A stretch of 64,000 nt of DNA, from contig CAWIAH010000011.1 in the NCBI GenBank assembly GCA_963834075.1, positions 476,989 through 540,988 on the forward strand, given 5' to 3'. The DNA is from an uncultured Acidobacteriaceae bacterium (GTDB lineage: Bacteria > Acidobacteriota > Terriglobia > Terriglobales > Acidobacteriaceae). Under the pieces are notes generated by a model. It was not told where the DNA came from. It ran no database searches and worked only from the letters and a program-made list of their open reading frames with translations. The position numbers were made by a program, and so were the translations under genes. This document shows, one piece after another, positions 45,146 through 54,667 of this stretch. Positions within the stretch are counted from its first letter, which is position 1. The number at the start of each line of letters is the position of its first letter.

Positions 45146-46962
45146 GAATCGAGGAGAAGCCGGTGGATCAATTCTAAGCTAAGGATCTTGTGAATTGCGG
45201 TGGTGTAATTCAACCCTCCGGCCAGGTGGCCTTTGACGACAGTCTCCACCCCGCTTCGGTTTAGGTACGGCCTTGCCAGAGTGCGCGGATCGAGCAGCAT
45301 TTCGCGCACGTAGGCCTTGAGGTAGTCCCGGTACCACACGCGGAAATGATAGAACTTGTGGCGTCCCAGAAAAATCCGTTCCAGATGAAGTGGTGCGAAG
45401 GCGTGATCGATCCGCGCTACCCACTGCGGCATCCCGTAGTCGTAGGCGTACTCCGATTTGAAGGTGAGTTCAAGATAATTGCGGGTGAGGCCGCCAAGGA
45501 ATGTGTGCTCCTGGCCTCCGTAGCCGCGATCGGTGCGCAACTGGCGCAACGCGGTGCTGCCATCGGCGATCAGCTGCAACGAGATATCGTTGTTGGTCAG
45601 CACCGAAGGCGGCGCCTGAAATACGGTCTGGACCAATTCATTATCCAGATACGGAGAGCGCAGGGAAAGTTGCGTCTCTTCGAGCGCTAACAGGCCGTAG
45701 TGATGCCAGGGCGCCTGGCGGAAGACCGCGAACGACAGTGGATGCCCTTGGATAATTCCCTGGTAAGTCTGGCCCGCCAACTGAACCTGCAAAATCAAGT
45801 CGGAGCTCAGCAGCCCGGACTGTGGCTGCCCCGCCTTGAAGGCCCGCACCCGGCGCAGCACTTCCCCGCCATAGTTTCCGGTCATTCGTACCGGCGCAAT
45901 CTGCGCCGCCCGCCGGTTGACATACAAGTCCGGCGAATGGCTGACATCCACGCAGCCGTCGGTCAGATAAACCGTGCGCTCGGCGTATTTGGGAAAAGAC
46001 GAAAGAAATTCTTGCCCCACCGGAATGGTTTCATGCGTCTGCCCGCAGATTTGCGCTACCTGGCGCGCCATCAGAACATCCTGGCAGTCGCGGAACATCC
46101 CGCCAAACGAGTAGCACGGCAGGGTGCCCGCCGCGGCCTTGCTCCAGGCCATGATCATGCGCGAGTCGAGTCCGCCGGTCAGCGATACGCCGATGGGTTG
46201 GCTCGATTGAAAGTAACGCGGCAGGTTGCGAGTGAAGACATCCCGCAGCCGCTCGTAATATCTTTCCGGCCGGAGGATTTCCTGCTCTTCCCACTGGCGC
46301 GGTTGAAAATAGCTTGCCCGGCTGGTCAGCGTCGCGTTGCGGAACTCCCAGGCTGACGCGGGAGGCAATATCTCGATGCCCTGAAACAGCGTCCGGTTCT
46401 CCAGCACACAACCGCAGGCTACAAATTCTCCCAGGCCGCGCGGGTCCACGCGGCGCAGCTCCGGGCAAACCTCGAGAATCGCCTTGGCTTCGGCCGCGAA
46501 GTAAAACGCATCATTTGACTGGTGATAGTAGACCCGGTGAATTCCGTAACGGTCGTTGAACAGCGTCGCGCTGCCCTTGGCGCGGTCGGTGAGCAAACCT
46601 TGAAACCGGCCATTGAGTTTGCTGAAGAAATCCCGGTCTTCTTCATACCAATGCACCAGATATTCCGGCCCATGGCTGGGCATCGCATGCCCGCGCTGCT
46701 GCAAATGCGCCACCGTTCCAGGTTCCGGAAATTCTTCGCCCGAGAACAGCAGAACCGCGTTGCCGTTTTCGTTGCGCAAGGGCATCCCGGCCCCGAATCC
46801 ACCCTTGCGCAACATCCATCCGACGTAAACACCGGCGGCCTCATCGGCCCAGGTCCCGCATTCGTAAAACGACTCATGCTGCATGGTTGCCAGCATGCGG
46901 TGGAGTTCCATCTCCGCCTGGGCGCGCGGCAATTTGGTGATAAGTCCTGCGAGTCCTGGCAT
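45142..46962 (-). CDS. Asparagine synthetase B-like amidotransferase homologue lacking the N-terminal catalytic Cys
   Basis: Synthetase-domain PP-loop VSLTGGLDSRMI is present. The N-terminal Ntn-like domain begins MPGLAGL instead of MCG. Confidence 0.75.
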   Translation of the reverse strand: MPGLAGLITKLPRAQAEMELHRMLATMQHESFYECGTWADEAAGVYVGWMLRKGGFGAGMPLRNENGNAVLLFSGEEFPEPGTVAHLQQRGHAMPSHGPEYLVHWYEEDRDFFSKLNGRFQGLLTDRAKGSATLFNDRYGIHRVYYHQSNDAFYFAAEAKAILEVCPELRRVDPRGLGEFVACGCVLENRTLFQGIEILPPASAWEFRNATLTSRASYFQPRQWEEQEILRPERYYERLRDVFTRNLPRYFQSSQPIGVSLTGGLDSRMIMAWSKAAAGTLPCYSFGGMFRDCQDVLMARQVAQICGQTHETIPVGQEFLSSFPKYAERTVYLTDGCVDVSHSPDLYVNRRAAQIAPVRMTGNYGGEVLRRVRAFKAGQPQSGLLSSDLILQVQLAGQTYQGIIQGHPLSFAVFRQAPWHHYGLLALEETQLSLRSPYLDNELVQTVFQAPPSVLTNNDISLQLIADGSTALRQLRTDRGYGGQEHTFLGGLTRNYLELTFKSEYAYDYGMPQWVARIDHAFAPLHLERIFLGRHKFYHFRVWYRDYLKAYVREMLLDPRTLARPYLNRSGVETVVKGHLAGGLNYTTAIHKILSLELIHRLLLDS

Positions 46963-46968
46963 GGCGGT

Positions 46969-47904
46969 TTAGGAGGCTTCCGTCGCGGACTGCAGTTTCC
47001 GATTGTTCCAGGCGTTGCGCAGGTTGCGCACTTTCGCGACCAGCGCGGGAGGAATCTGGTCGGCCAGTTTGCGATGCAGGCCATAGCGGTACCCGATGCG
47101 CCCCGCCACCGTCAATGGGACGTAATAGCGCGGCAGATCCATCTTCTGAAAGGCATTCCGCTCCTTGAATTCGGCCACACTGTCTTTTTCTTTTTTGCCG
47201 TACGTGAAGTTGGCGTAGACCAGATACGAAACATTTCTCTCGGTACAGGAACGTACCGCCTGCACCACCAGTCCGTTAGTGGGCGCTTTATCGCGGTCCT
47301 TGATGGTGGAGACGATGTTCATCAGGCCGGCCTGGGTCCGGCTCTGATCCCATACCAGCTTGACGAAACCGATCATGCGCTCGCCCAGAAACGCTCCAAT
47401 AAAAACGCTGGTATCGAGATACGTCGCCTCTTCGCGGCGCACCGTCTCAATGTCTTTTCCGTAGTGGGTAAAGCGGCGGCCCTGCCGCACCGGGCATTCG
47501 TTGTAGATCTCCCAAATACCGCGCACCAGGGTGTCATCGAATGGCACCTCGCGGATGGTGACGCCCTTTTTCTCCGACTGCTTGGCCTTGTTGCGCGCCT
47601 TGAAGCCGATTTGTTTGTTCCACCAGTTGTCGAAAGTGGTCAGCGGAATCGCCGCCAGATTGTCCATCTCCATGGGATAGGAATATTTCGGGTGGCTATC
47701 GGGCAGCTTCTGCAGGAAGGTAAACAGGTCAATCCGCGCCCCCGATTTCTTCAGTCCGGCGATCATCGCCTCCGGATCTTCCACGAAGTGATACTTGTCG
47801 GCGTCCAGACGGGCGACTCGCAACAACCGTCCTTGCACCTGAATTTGTTGACCGCAAACCGTAATCAATCGTTTTCCCCTTGGATGGTAATCGTGCTTCG
47901 GCAA
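46969..47904 (-). CDS. Hypothetical protein with GNAT/FemAB-like C-terminal half
   Basis: 311 aa, TTG start. The C-terminal region FIGAFLGERMIGFVKLVWDQSRTQAGLMNIVSTIKDRDKAPTNGLVVQAVRSCTERNVSYLVY resembles an acyl-CoA N-acyltransferase core. The N-terminal half was not recognised. Confidence 0.45.
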   Translation of the reverse strand: MPKHDYHPRGKRLITVCGQQIQVQGRLLRVARLDADKYHFVEDPEAMIAGLKKSGARIDLFTFLQKLPDSHPKYSYPMEMDNLAAIPLTTFDNWWNKQIGFKARNKAKQSEKKGVTIREVPFDDTLVRGIWEIYNECPVRQGRRFTHYGKDIETVRREEATYLDTSVFIGAFLGERMIGFVKLVWDQSRTQAGLMNIVSTIKDRDKAPTNGLVVQAVRSCTERNVSYLVYANFTYGKKEKDSVAEFKERNAFQKMDLPRYYVPLTVAGRIGYRYGLHRKLADQIPPALVAKVRNLRNAWNNRKLQSATEAS

Positions 47905-47934
47905 CCCGACCCTATGGCGCCGATGTTTAGATTC

Positions 47935-48858
47935 TTAGCTCTCGGTGACGTACTGCTCGCGTACCGGATTAATCCCCAGCAATGCCAGCAACGCTCCCAG
48001 ATGATCGCAAAGCGGCACCAGCAGCTGCATGAAATATTGCTGTCCCAGCAGCCAAGCAAATGGCAGGGCCAGCGCATAGGCCGGCACGGCCACCAGCGAT
48101 CGCGCGATCTGCCGGGCGCCGTAGGTGGGATGCAGGACCGCCGTCGCCCCCCGCAACAATGCCCGCTTCATCATAATGGTGCGGTCCCAGCGGCTGGGCG
48201 GAACCACCTCGTATACCACGGCCTCATCGCACCAAATGAAGACGTGTCCCTTTTCGGTCTTTCGCCGGAAAAAATCCTGGTCTTCGCCGGCACGAAATTC
48301 TGGGCGGAAGGGCATTTCGTCCCCGGCAAACAACTCTTTCTTGAGCAGCAAATTGCCGGTCCGGCTCTCCCACCACGGCATGACAAATCCCGTCGGGTGC
48401 GTGGGACGCTCGTAGAAGTTGCCTTTCACCACCCACGGCGGCGGCGGCACGTCGAAGTGGCGCTTAACCGGCCCCAGCACTCCGTCCACGTTGTCGCGCA
48501 TGCAGGTCTTAAACAGGTGCAGCAGCCACTGCGGCGCGGGAAATTCGTCATCGTCAATGAACACGACAAAATCGCCGTCGGAATTTTCGATCGCCTTGTT
48601 TCTGGCCAGCGCAATATTCTGCCGCGGCTCGCTGCAATAAAGCACCGGCACCGGCGCCTTCGCGGCGAATTCCATGACCGCGGCTTCGGCCGAACGCATC
48701 TGGTCGTTGTCAACCATCACGATCGAATAGCTAAATAACCCCTCGGTTTCCTGCTCCGCCAGGCGATCAAACAACCGCGGCAGGAAATGCGGCCGTTTGT
48801 ACGTACACACACACACGGTGAGGCGGTTGGTCAAGGGAGTTGTAGGCGAAGAAGTCAT
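47935..48858 (-). CDS. Glycosyltransferase family 2
   Basis: LTVCVCTYKRPHFLPRLFDRLAEQ...SIVMVDNDQ...VVFIDDDEFP carries the GT-A fold DxD motif. Confidence 0.85.
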   Translation of the reverse strand: MTSSPTTPLTNRLTVCVCTYKRPHFLPRLFDRLAEQETEGLFSYSIVMVDNDQMRSAEAAVMEFAAKAPVPVLYCSEPRQNIALARNKAIENSDGDFVVFIDDDEFPAPQWLLHLFKTCMRDNVDGVLGPVKRHFDVPPPPWVVKGNFYERPTHPTGFVMPWWESRTGNLLLKKELFAGDEMPFRPEFRAGEDQDFFRRKTEKGHVFIWCDEAVVYEVVPPSRWDRTIMMKRALLRGATAVLHPTYGARQIARSLVAVPAYALALPFAWLLGQQYFMQLLVPLCDHLGALLALLGINPVREQYVTES

Positions 48859-48915
48859 GCGGAACGGGTGAAGGACAGGAAATCCTGTTTTTTCTATGAT
48901 TATGATACGGCAGGT

Positions 48916-49743
48916 TTAAGCGCGCGGCGCGTATCCTGCGGCAATCGCAATCTCGCCGGTCCAGCGCAGGATTTCCCCGCCCGCCAGAAAGCGGTATTCG
49001 TCTGGATTGGGTGGATGGGTCTCTACCTCGACTACATGGTCCTGCGCCAGGGAAAAGATCCGTTCCAGGCGGGCTTTCGGCTCGAGCGGCGGCAGCGAAA
49101 AGAAGAAATCGGTCAACCGGTGCCGCCGGCCTAACATGCCATCCACCACGCGGCGGTAAAAGCGGTTGGCCGCGCTCTTCTCTCCGCGGGCAAAGGAGAA
49201 ATTCCGCCGCACCCGCGTCCCAGCCGGCAAAAGCCGCGCCAGCAATACATTGGCGCACAGATGCATGTGATGATGGCCGTCGATGCGATCTGGAGGCTTG
49301 CCGTAAAGACGCCGGTATTCGTCCAGTTGCGCGGTGACAACGTAATCGAACGAACGCACTAATCCCGGATGAAACACCGTGGTTCCCAGCCGATGCCGCG
49401 ACAGATAACGTGCCACTCGCTGCTGGTGGCGCAAAAGTGCCGGTGGGCTGTCGGAAGGCGAAAAGGCGGTGGTCAGATTCAGGTGCAGTCCGGCATCGAT
49501 GCCCTCGGCCAGCGCAACCCCTGCGGACGCCTCGGAGTCCTCCATAAAAACCATTGCGCTCACCGAAGACACGGTCTTAGCGCGCACACAATCCAGGATT
49601 TTCTGGCTGGTAACCGGGTCACGTCCCCAATCATCGGCATTCAGGATCAGCCGTCCCACGCCGGCAAGCCGCGCCTGTGAATTTTCGCCTGCCGCGCTTG
49701 CCGGCATAGTTTGAACCGATGATGGGACGCTAATGGCGTTCAA
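48916..49743 (-). CDS. YdjC/ChbG-family carbohydrate deacetylase
   Basis: RLILNADDWGRDPVTSQKILDC...VSSVSAMV...AGLHLNLT...IDGHHHMH are YdjC-like blocks. Start is TTG 49743 or ATG 49707. Confidence 0.75.
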   Translation of the reverse strand: MNAISVPSSVQTMPASAAGENSQARLAGVGRLILNADDWGRDPVTSQKILDCVRAKTVSSVSAMVFMEDSEASAGVALAEGIDAGLHLNLTTAFSPSDSPPALLRHQQRVARYLSRHRLGTTVFHPGLVRSFDYVVTAQLDEYRRLYGKPPDRIDGHHHMHLCANVLLARLLPAGTRVRRNFSFARGEKSAANRFYRRVVDGMLGRRHRLTDFFFSLPPLEPKARLERIFSLAQDHVVEVETHPPNPDEYRFLAGGEILRWTGEIAIAAGYAPRA

Positions 49744-49767
49744 AGACGTTATCCGTTCAGGACGGGC

Positions 49768-50745
49768 CTAACGGCCTTGTCCCTTGCCTACTGCGACTGC
49801 GGATCGTGGATCCCCTGCCGCAGCCGCCTGAATCTTGCCGGACGAAGATGCCGGTTGGCCTGTCCTATTGTGCGATTTGGAGAAGAACCTCTTCAACCGT
49901 TGCATCTGTTCCCGCCGGTAAAAAGCTACCAACTCCGGGGTTACCGGCCGCGGCTTGCGCCGGACGGTATCCCACAAGAAGCCCCCCATGACCATCAGGC
50001 CGCCAACGAATAGCGGCGGCTGCGTCATCTGCCGTGCCATACGGCACAGCTCCCACGCGGGATGATTTCCGACCGAATAATCCTTCGCGCCGTTTTTCCA
50101 GCGGGCTTTCAAAATTCCCTGCTGCGCCGTCCCCATGGCGCGGGCGTGCTGGCTCACCTTCTCAGTGAAAGTCCGGGTCTTCCAGCCCTTCATGCGTGAA
50201 GTAATCACCGCGATGTGGTCAATGCAGCCGCCCTTGACCGGAACATAGCCGCCAATTGCCTCAAAGCATTCCCGGCGGAAGAGCTGGCAGGCTCCCGAGA
50301 CATGCTCGATGCTGACAAAGCGATAGTCGTAAATCGAGCCCTCGCCCTCCGAGAATGGCGTGCCCACCAGTCCCAGCGAGGGATCTTCGGCCAGCTTCTG
50401 CAGCAGAAATTCGAAGTAACCCTGGTCCACCGAGATGTCGGCATCCAGGCTGCCGATTACCTGATAGTCAACCCCCTTCATACGCGCATAGCCGGCATTG
50501 AACGCGTGCACTTTTCCGGCAAAGTGGCGCTCTTGTCTTTCCGGCGTGCGCACCAGTTCGATCCACGGGTGCTGCGCCGCATATTTGAGCACCAGCTCAT
50601 CGGTGCCGTCGGTCGAGCCATCGCTGACCACCACCCACTTGACCGGCTTCACCGTCTGCGCCGCAATCGATTGCAGCGTCAGTTCGATGAAAGCTGCCTC
50701 GTTGCGGGCCGGGGTAATCAAAACGTATCTGGGAAGGGTTGCCAT
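49768..50745 (-). CDS. Glycosyltransferase family 2
   Basis: Start MATLPRYVLITPARNEAAFIELTLQSIAAQT...WVVVSDGSTDGTDELV...GSLDADIS. The ATG overlaps the upstream stop (TAATG). Confidence 0.85.
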   Translation of the reverse strand: MATLPRYVLITPARNEAAFIELTLQSIAAQTVKPVKWVVVSDGSTDGTDELVLKYAAQHPWIELVRTPERQERHFAGKVHAFNAGYARMKGVDYQVIGSLDADISVDQGYFEFLLQKLAEDPSLGLVGTPFSEGEGSIYDYRFVSIEHVSGACQLFRRECFEAIGGYVPVKGGCIDHIAVITSRMKGWKTRTFTEKVSQHARAMGTAQQGILKARWKNGAKDYSVGNHPAWELCRMARQMTQPPLFVGGLMVMGGFLWDTVRRKPRPVTPELVAFYRREQMQRLKRFFSKSHNRTGQPASSSGKIQAAAAGDPRSAVAVGKGQGR

Positions 50746-51959
50746 TAGCGGACTCCTGCTGTCGCGGCCGCGGGTTCGGTGTAGACCGGTTCGCCCGCAC
50801 CTTTTTCTTCGCACAAAAGCATGGTCAACGCCAGGAACATCCAGGCCTGCGTCCAGCGCATGTAGGAAGTTTTGATGGTGACCGTGCGCAAGATACGATA
50901 GTAAAAGTAGCCATCTTTTTCATCCCACATGTGCTTCATCGCCCAATTGAACGTGGGCCGGGCCAAAGCCAGCGGGTTCGGCTCCAAATCCTTGAACTCG
51001 AGCGGCGTGATTATGCTCTGCGCCACGCAGTGTGTATCCAACGGATAGCTGCGGTCGTGGAAGTATTTTACCGAGCCATCGGGAAGATAGAAGTTATCCT
51101 TGAAGAACTTATAGCCGCGGCGGATGCGTTCTTCAAACTCCGTGATGCCCCCGTACTGATCGATGGCGCGCAATCCACTGAGGTTGAAGCCGGTGTGAAA
51201 ATTATCGATCCAGCGCTGCGTCTCATGCTCGCCATACCACCACGAGCCATCTTCCAGTTGCTTCGAGGCGGAGAAGCGCGCTCCGGTCAACGCCGTCTTT
51301 AGATACTTTTCCTCGCCCGTGTGCTTATAAATACGGCAGAGCAGCCCGGAGGCGAGGAAATTCGCGTTGTGGGTGGTTCCCCGCAAACCGGGCAGCGGAT
51401 AGCTGAAGCCGGCGCGGTCGCCTTCATTCCAGAAGAGTACGTCGCGGATATAATCTGCCGCGCTCTTTGCCATGGTGAAGCAGCGTTCGCCGTGACCATG
51501 GTCGTAGGCATCCAGCAGCGCATTGGCGGAAAAGGCGGTGCACACCAGGTTCGGAGTCCAGCGCGGCACCAGCACTCCCCGGGTCTGCCAGGGAAAGTTG
51601 TATCCCCAGCACCAGTAATCGTGATTGGACGAGCGCAACTCGATCAGCCGCTCGATCATCTTTTCGGCGTATCCCTCCTCGACGCCGATGCCGACCTTGG
51701 CCAGTTTCAGGAAAGAAGTAAGAAAAAGACCCAGGCCCTTGGGATTCGCCGTCTTGGGAATCAGCAGCGCCCCACGCACATTCACCGGGCTGCGCTTCAG
51801 GAACTGCGTCATCACCAGGCGAAGCAGCTTGAAATCGAGGAAAGGCAGCGCCTCGAAAATCTTGCTGTTGAGCGCGTCGTAGGGCTCGTAGCCGGCGAAG
51901 TCTTCCTTGCGACAGTAATCCAAAAATTTGAGTAGTGCGCTTTCGACGTTGTATTCCAT
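50745..51959 (-). CDS. Conserved hypothetical protein, probably alpha/alpha-toroid (six-hairpin-like) fold; function unknown
   Basis: 404 aa and soluble. Repeated aromatic/Gly blocks: GYEPYDALNS, WCWGYNFPWQTRGVLVPRWTPNLVCTAF, THNANFLASGLL, DGSWWYGE, FHTGFNLSGL. No family could be named with confidence. Confidence 0.4.
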   Translation of the reverse strand: MEYNVESALLKFLDYCRKEDFAGYEPYDALNSKIFEALPFLDFKLLRLVMTQFLKRSPVNVRGALLIPKTANPKGLGLFLTSFLKLAKVGIGVEEGYAEKMIERLIELRSSNHDYWCWGYNFPWQTRGVLVPRWTPNLVCTAFSANALLDAYDHGHGERCFTMAKSAADYIRDVLFWNEGDRAGFSYPLPGLRGTTHNANFLASGLLCRIYKHTGEEKYLKTALTGARFSASKQLEDGSWWYGEHETQRWIDNFHTGFNLSGLRAIDQYGGITEFEERIRRGYKFFKDNFYLPDGSVKYFHDRSYPLDTHCVAQSIITPLEFKDLEPNPLALARPTFNWAMKHMWDEKDGYFYYRILRTVTIKTSYMRWTQAWMFLALTMLLCEEKGAGEPVYTEPAAATAGVR

Positions 51960-52068
51960 TACGATCTCAAACCCTCCATAACTCTTGCGTCGCTCCCAGG
52001 GTTATTGCAACTGCCAAGCGGCGGGCGCGATGTGCTGCATCGCGATCCCGGATGTTAAGCCGTCTTTC

Positions 52069-53319
52069 CTAAGAAGAGACCTGTCCCCGGGCCAACCCGG
52101 CCGGGACCTGCTGGGCCAGAATCTCGACAATCCGCTCCGCCGCGCGGCCATCCCAATATTTGGGAGTCGGCCTGCTGTTGTTTGTACGGCGTAGCTGCCG
52201 CCGGATGGCCAGCCGTATTCCTTCGCGCCGCACGCCCGCCAATGCGTTGGTCCCTTCATCGATTGTCACCGGCCGCTCCGTATTCTCACGCACCGTGACG
52301 CAGGGCAGTCCTAATCCGGTGGTTTCTTCCTGAATTCCGCCGGAGTCGGTGACAACCAGACGCGCATTTTTCATCAGGCAAAGAAAGTCCAGATAACCCT
52401 GCGGATCGATCATGCGGATCGCGCCGGGCTGATTCTGTTCCGAACCGTCTTCCGGTGCGGCCGGCGGGTTGGAGCAAAAATAGGTTTGCAGGCCGTTTTC
52501 CTGAATTTGCTTTTGTGTCCGCGGGTGCGCCGGAAAGATGATTGGCATCTCGGCCGCCAATTCGCTCAGCCCCACCAGGATCTCGCCGAAAGCATCTTTG
52601 TCATCGACATTGGCGGGACGATGGAGAGTCAGCAGCGCATATGCCTGCGGGGTGCGGGAATCGTCCGCGTCCAGCCCAGGCTCCTTCGGCCCCGGCTTCA
52701 TGAGTCCAAGCCGCTCAAGTAGCGTCGACTGGTCGGCTCTCGGCCGGGCGTCGAACAACGAATCGATCATCGTGTTGCCAACCAAAAACATCCGCTCCCG
52801 CGCAATTCCTTCATTTTCGAGATTGCGCAACCCGCTCTCTTCGGTGACAAATAAGATGTCCGACAAATGATCCGTCAAGACCCGGTTGATCTCCTCCGGC
52901 ATGCTGCGGTCAAAGGAGCGCAATCCCGCCTCAACGTGAGCAATCAGCGGCCGGCGTTCCGAGGGGTAGACGACTTTTGCCGCCACCAGCGCACACGCGA
53001 TCGTCGAATTCACGTCCCCGGCGACCATCACCACGTCCGGAGCCTCTTTGAGCAGCACCGGCTCAAAGCGCTTCATGATTTCCGCTGTCTGCACCACGTG
53101 GGAAGCTGAACCCACGCCCAGAAAAACATCGGGTGCGGGCAAGTTCAAATCGGCAAAGAAGGCATCCGACATGCGCGCGTCATAATGCTGCCCGGTGTGC
53201 ACCAGCACGGAACTGATGACTTCCTGTTTCGCGGTCTGGTTGTGCCGCGCCATCGCCTTCAAAATAGGTGCTGCTTTCATGAAGTTCGGGCGCGCGCCGA
53301 CTACGATCATCGCCTTCAT
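52069..53319 (-). CDS. wecB: UDP-N-acetylglucosamine 2-epimerase (non-hydrolysing), WecB/WbpI-like
   Basis: MKAMIVVGARPNFMKAAPI, HTGQHYD, MVAGDVNST, HVEAGLRSFDRSMPEEINR and VVTDSGGIQEETT are present. The gene carries two low-complexity insertions. Confidence 0.88.
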   Translation of the reverse strand: MKAMIVVGARPNFMKAAPILKAMARHNQTAKQEVISSVLVHTGQHYDARMSDAFFADLNLPAPDVFLGVGSASHVVQTAEIMKRFEPVLLKEAPDVVMVAGDVNSTIACALVAAKVVYPSERRPLIAHVEAGLRSFDRSMPEEINRVLTDHLSDILFVTEESGLRNLENEGIARERMFLVGNTMIDSLFDARPRADQSTLLERLGLMKPGPKEPGLDADDSRTPQAYALLTLHRPANVDDKDAFGEILVGLSELAAEMPIIFPAHPRTQKQIQENGLQTYFCSNPPAAPEDGSEQNQPGAIRMIDPQGYLDFLCLMKNARLVVTDSGGIQEETTGLGLPCVTVRENTERPVTIDEGTNALAGVRREGIRLAIRRQLRRTNNSRPTPKYWDGRAAERIVEILAQQVPAGLARGQVSS

Positions 53320-53452
53320 TGAGCCGACCCGAATGCAGGAATGTGATTTACGAGTACGATGAAGAAAACCCTAGCAGTTTGCGATGCAATTTGTCTTCCC
53401 GACACGGTGGAAAATTTGGAGGAGGGCGCGGGATCGAATCGAAGATTGCCGC

Positions 53453-54666
53453 CTAGCGCGCACCCACCTCGGCAACGCGTCCTGCCTGGGTGAGTTGCAT
53501 GACTTTTTCGGCTACCCGGCGGGCCTGCTCAAAGGTCAGTTGCGGGAACATCGGCAGCGAAACGATCTCCGGCGCAACCCGTTCGGTCACCGGAAAATCT
53601 CCTGTCTTGTAGCCCATGCCGGCATACGCCTTTTGCTGGTGCAGCGGAATCGGATAATGGATCGCCGTGGCAATGCCTGCGGCACTCAAATCCGCCTGCA
53701 GTTTCTCGCGGTGCTGTACCCGCACCACGTACAAATGATAGACCGCCTTTGACCAGGATGGCTCCTGCGGCAGCGCCAGTTCCGTAGCGCCTTCGAACAA
53801 ACGCGAATATTCCTTGGCCAGGCCACGCCGTTTTTCATTCCAGCCTTCCAGCTTCTTCAACTTGGCGTGCAGAATGCCGGCCTGAATCGTATCCAGGCGG
53901 CCGTTGTAGCCTTCCACATCGTGATAGTACTTCTTGCTCTGCCCATGATCGCGCAGCATGCGGATCGTGCTTGGCCACCGCCTCGTCGTTGGTAGTCACC
54001 GCCCCGGCTTCGCCGCAGGCTCCCAGATTTTTCCCGGGATAGAAGCTGAAGGCCGCCGCCCGGCCCATCGAGCCCGCGCTGGTGCCAGCTGCTTGTCTTT
54101 CGCCGAAAAATATTTCGCGCCATGCGCCTGGCAGGATCTTCCACCACCATCAAACCATAGCTGTCCGCCAGTTCCAGAATGCGGTCCATGTCCGCCATCT
54201 GCCCGTAAAGATGGACCGGCACGATCGCGGTCACGGGCGGTTCGGTCCCCAGATGCATCAGCTTGCCGGAGGCATCGCGATGGCACTCCTCCGCCAGAAA
54301 GCGTGACAGTTTGGCGGGATCGAGGTTGTAGGTGCTCTCGTCGATATCCACGAACACCGGCTGCCCACCCGCCTGCGAAATCGCTTCCGTGGTGGCAATG
54401 AAGGTATTGGGCACGGTGATCACCAGATCGCCAGACTTCACCCCCGAAGCCATTAGCGCGAAACGCACGGCGTCGGTACCGTTGGCTACGCCGATGCAAT
54501 ACTTGGTATCGCAGAACTGGGCGAAATCGCGCTCAAATTCCTCGAGCATGCTGCCGCCGATGAAGTGCGCCTGCCGGATGCAGTCGCGGAATATTTCAAC
54601 CAACTCCGCTTCCATTTCCACATGCGGAGTAACCAGATCCAGAAATGGAATCATGCCTTGTGCCAT
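53453..54666 (-). pseudogene. DegT/DnrJ/EryC1-type PLP aminotransferase (WbpE-like), readable only across about 4 frame breaks
   Basis: The protein is spread over four frames:
- Frame 1: MAQGMIPFLDLVTPH...GVANGTDAVRFAL...LMVVED.
- Frame 2: [15 protein letters not shown].
- Frame 3: [36 protein letters not shown].
- Frame 4: [33 protein letters not shown]...
Concatenated, these give a normal-length DegT protein. Confidence 0.8.
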
Positions 54667-54667
54667 A

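Noticed and set aside
46522-48738. Very long plus-strand ORF (738 aa) spanning three minus-strand genes
   Set aside because: It is antisense to the well-supported AsnB-like, GNAT-like and GT2 genes. Its translation is Arg/His/Gly/Pro-rich low-complexity with no recognisable domain. This is a typical shadow ORF in GC-rich DNA. The same reasoning applies to 1351-2178(-), 9151-9837(-), 26065-26913(-), 41511-42440(+), 44142-45050(-), 50215-50748(+), 51321-51935(+), 56276-57352(+), 59113-59742(+) and 61442-62155(+).
52069-53319. WecB as a possible further victim of the frameshift cluster, because it is about 40-50 aa longer than typical
   Set aside because: The ORF is continuous and all conserved epimerase blocks are in one frame. 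The extra length comes from two low-complexity insertions (…KPGPKEPGLDADDSRTPQ…, …SNPPAAPEDGSEQNQPG…).
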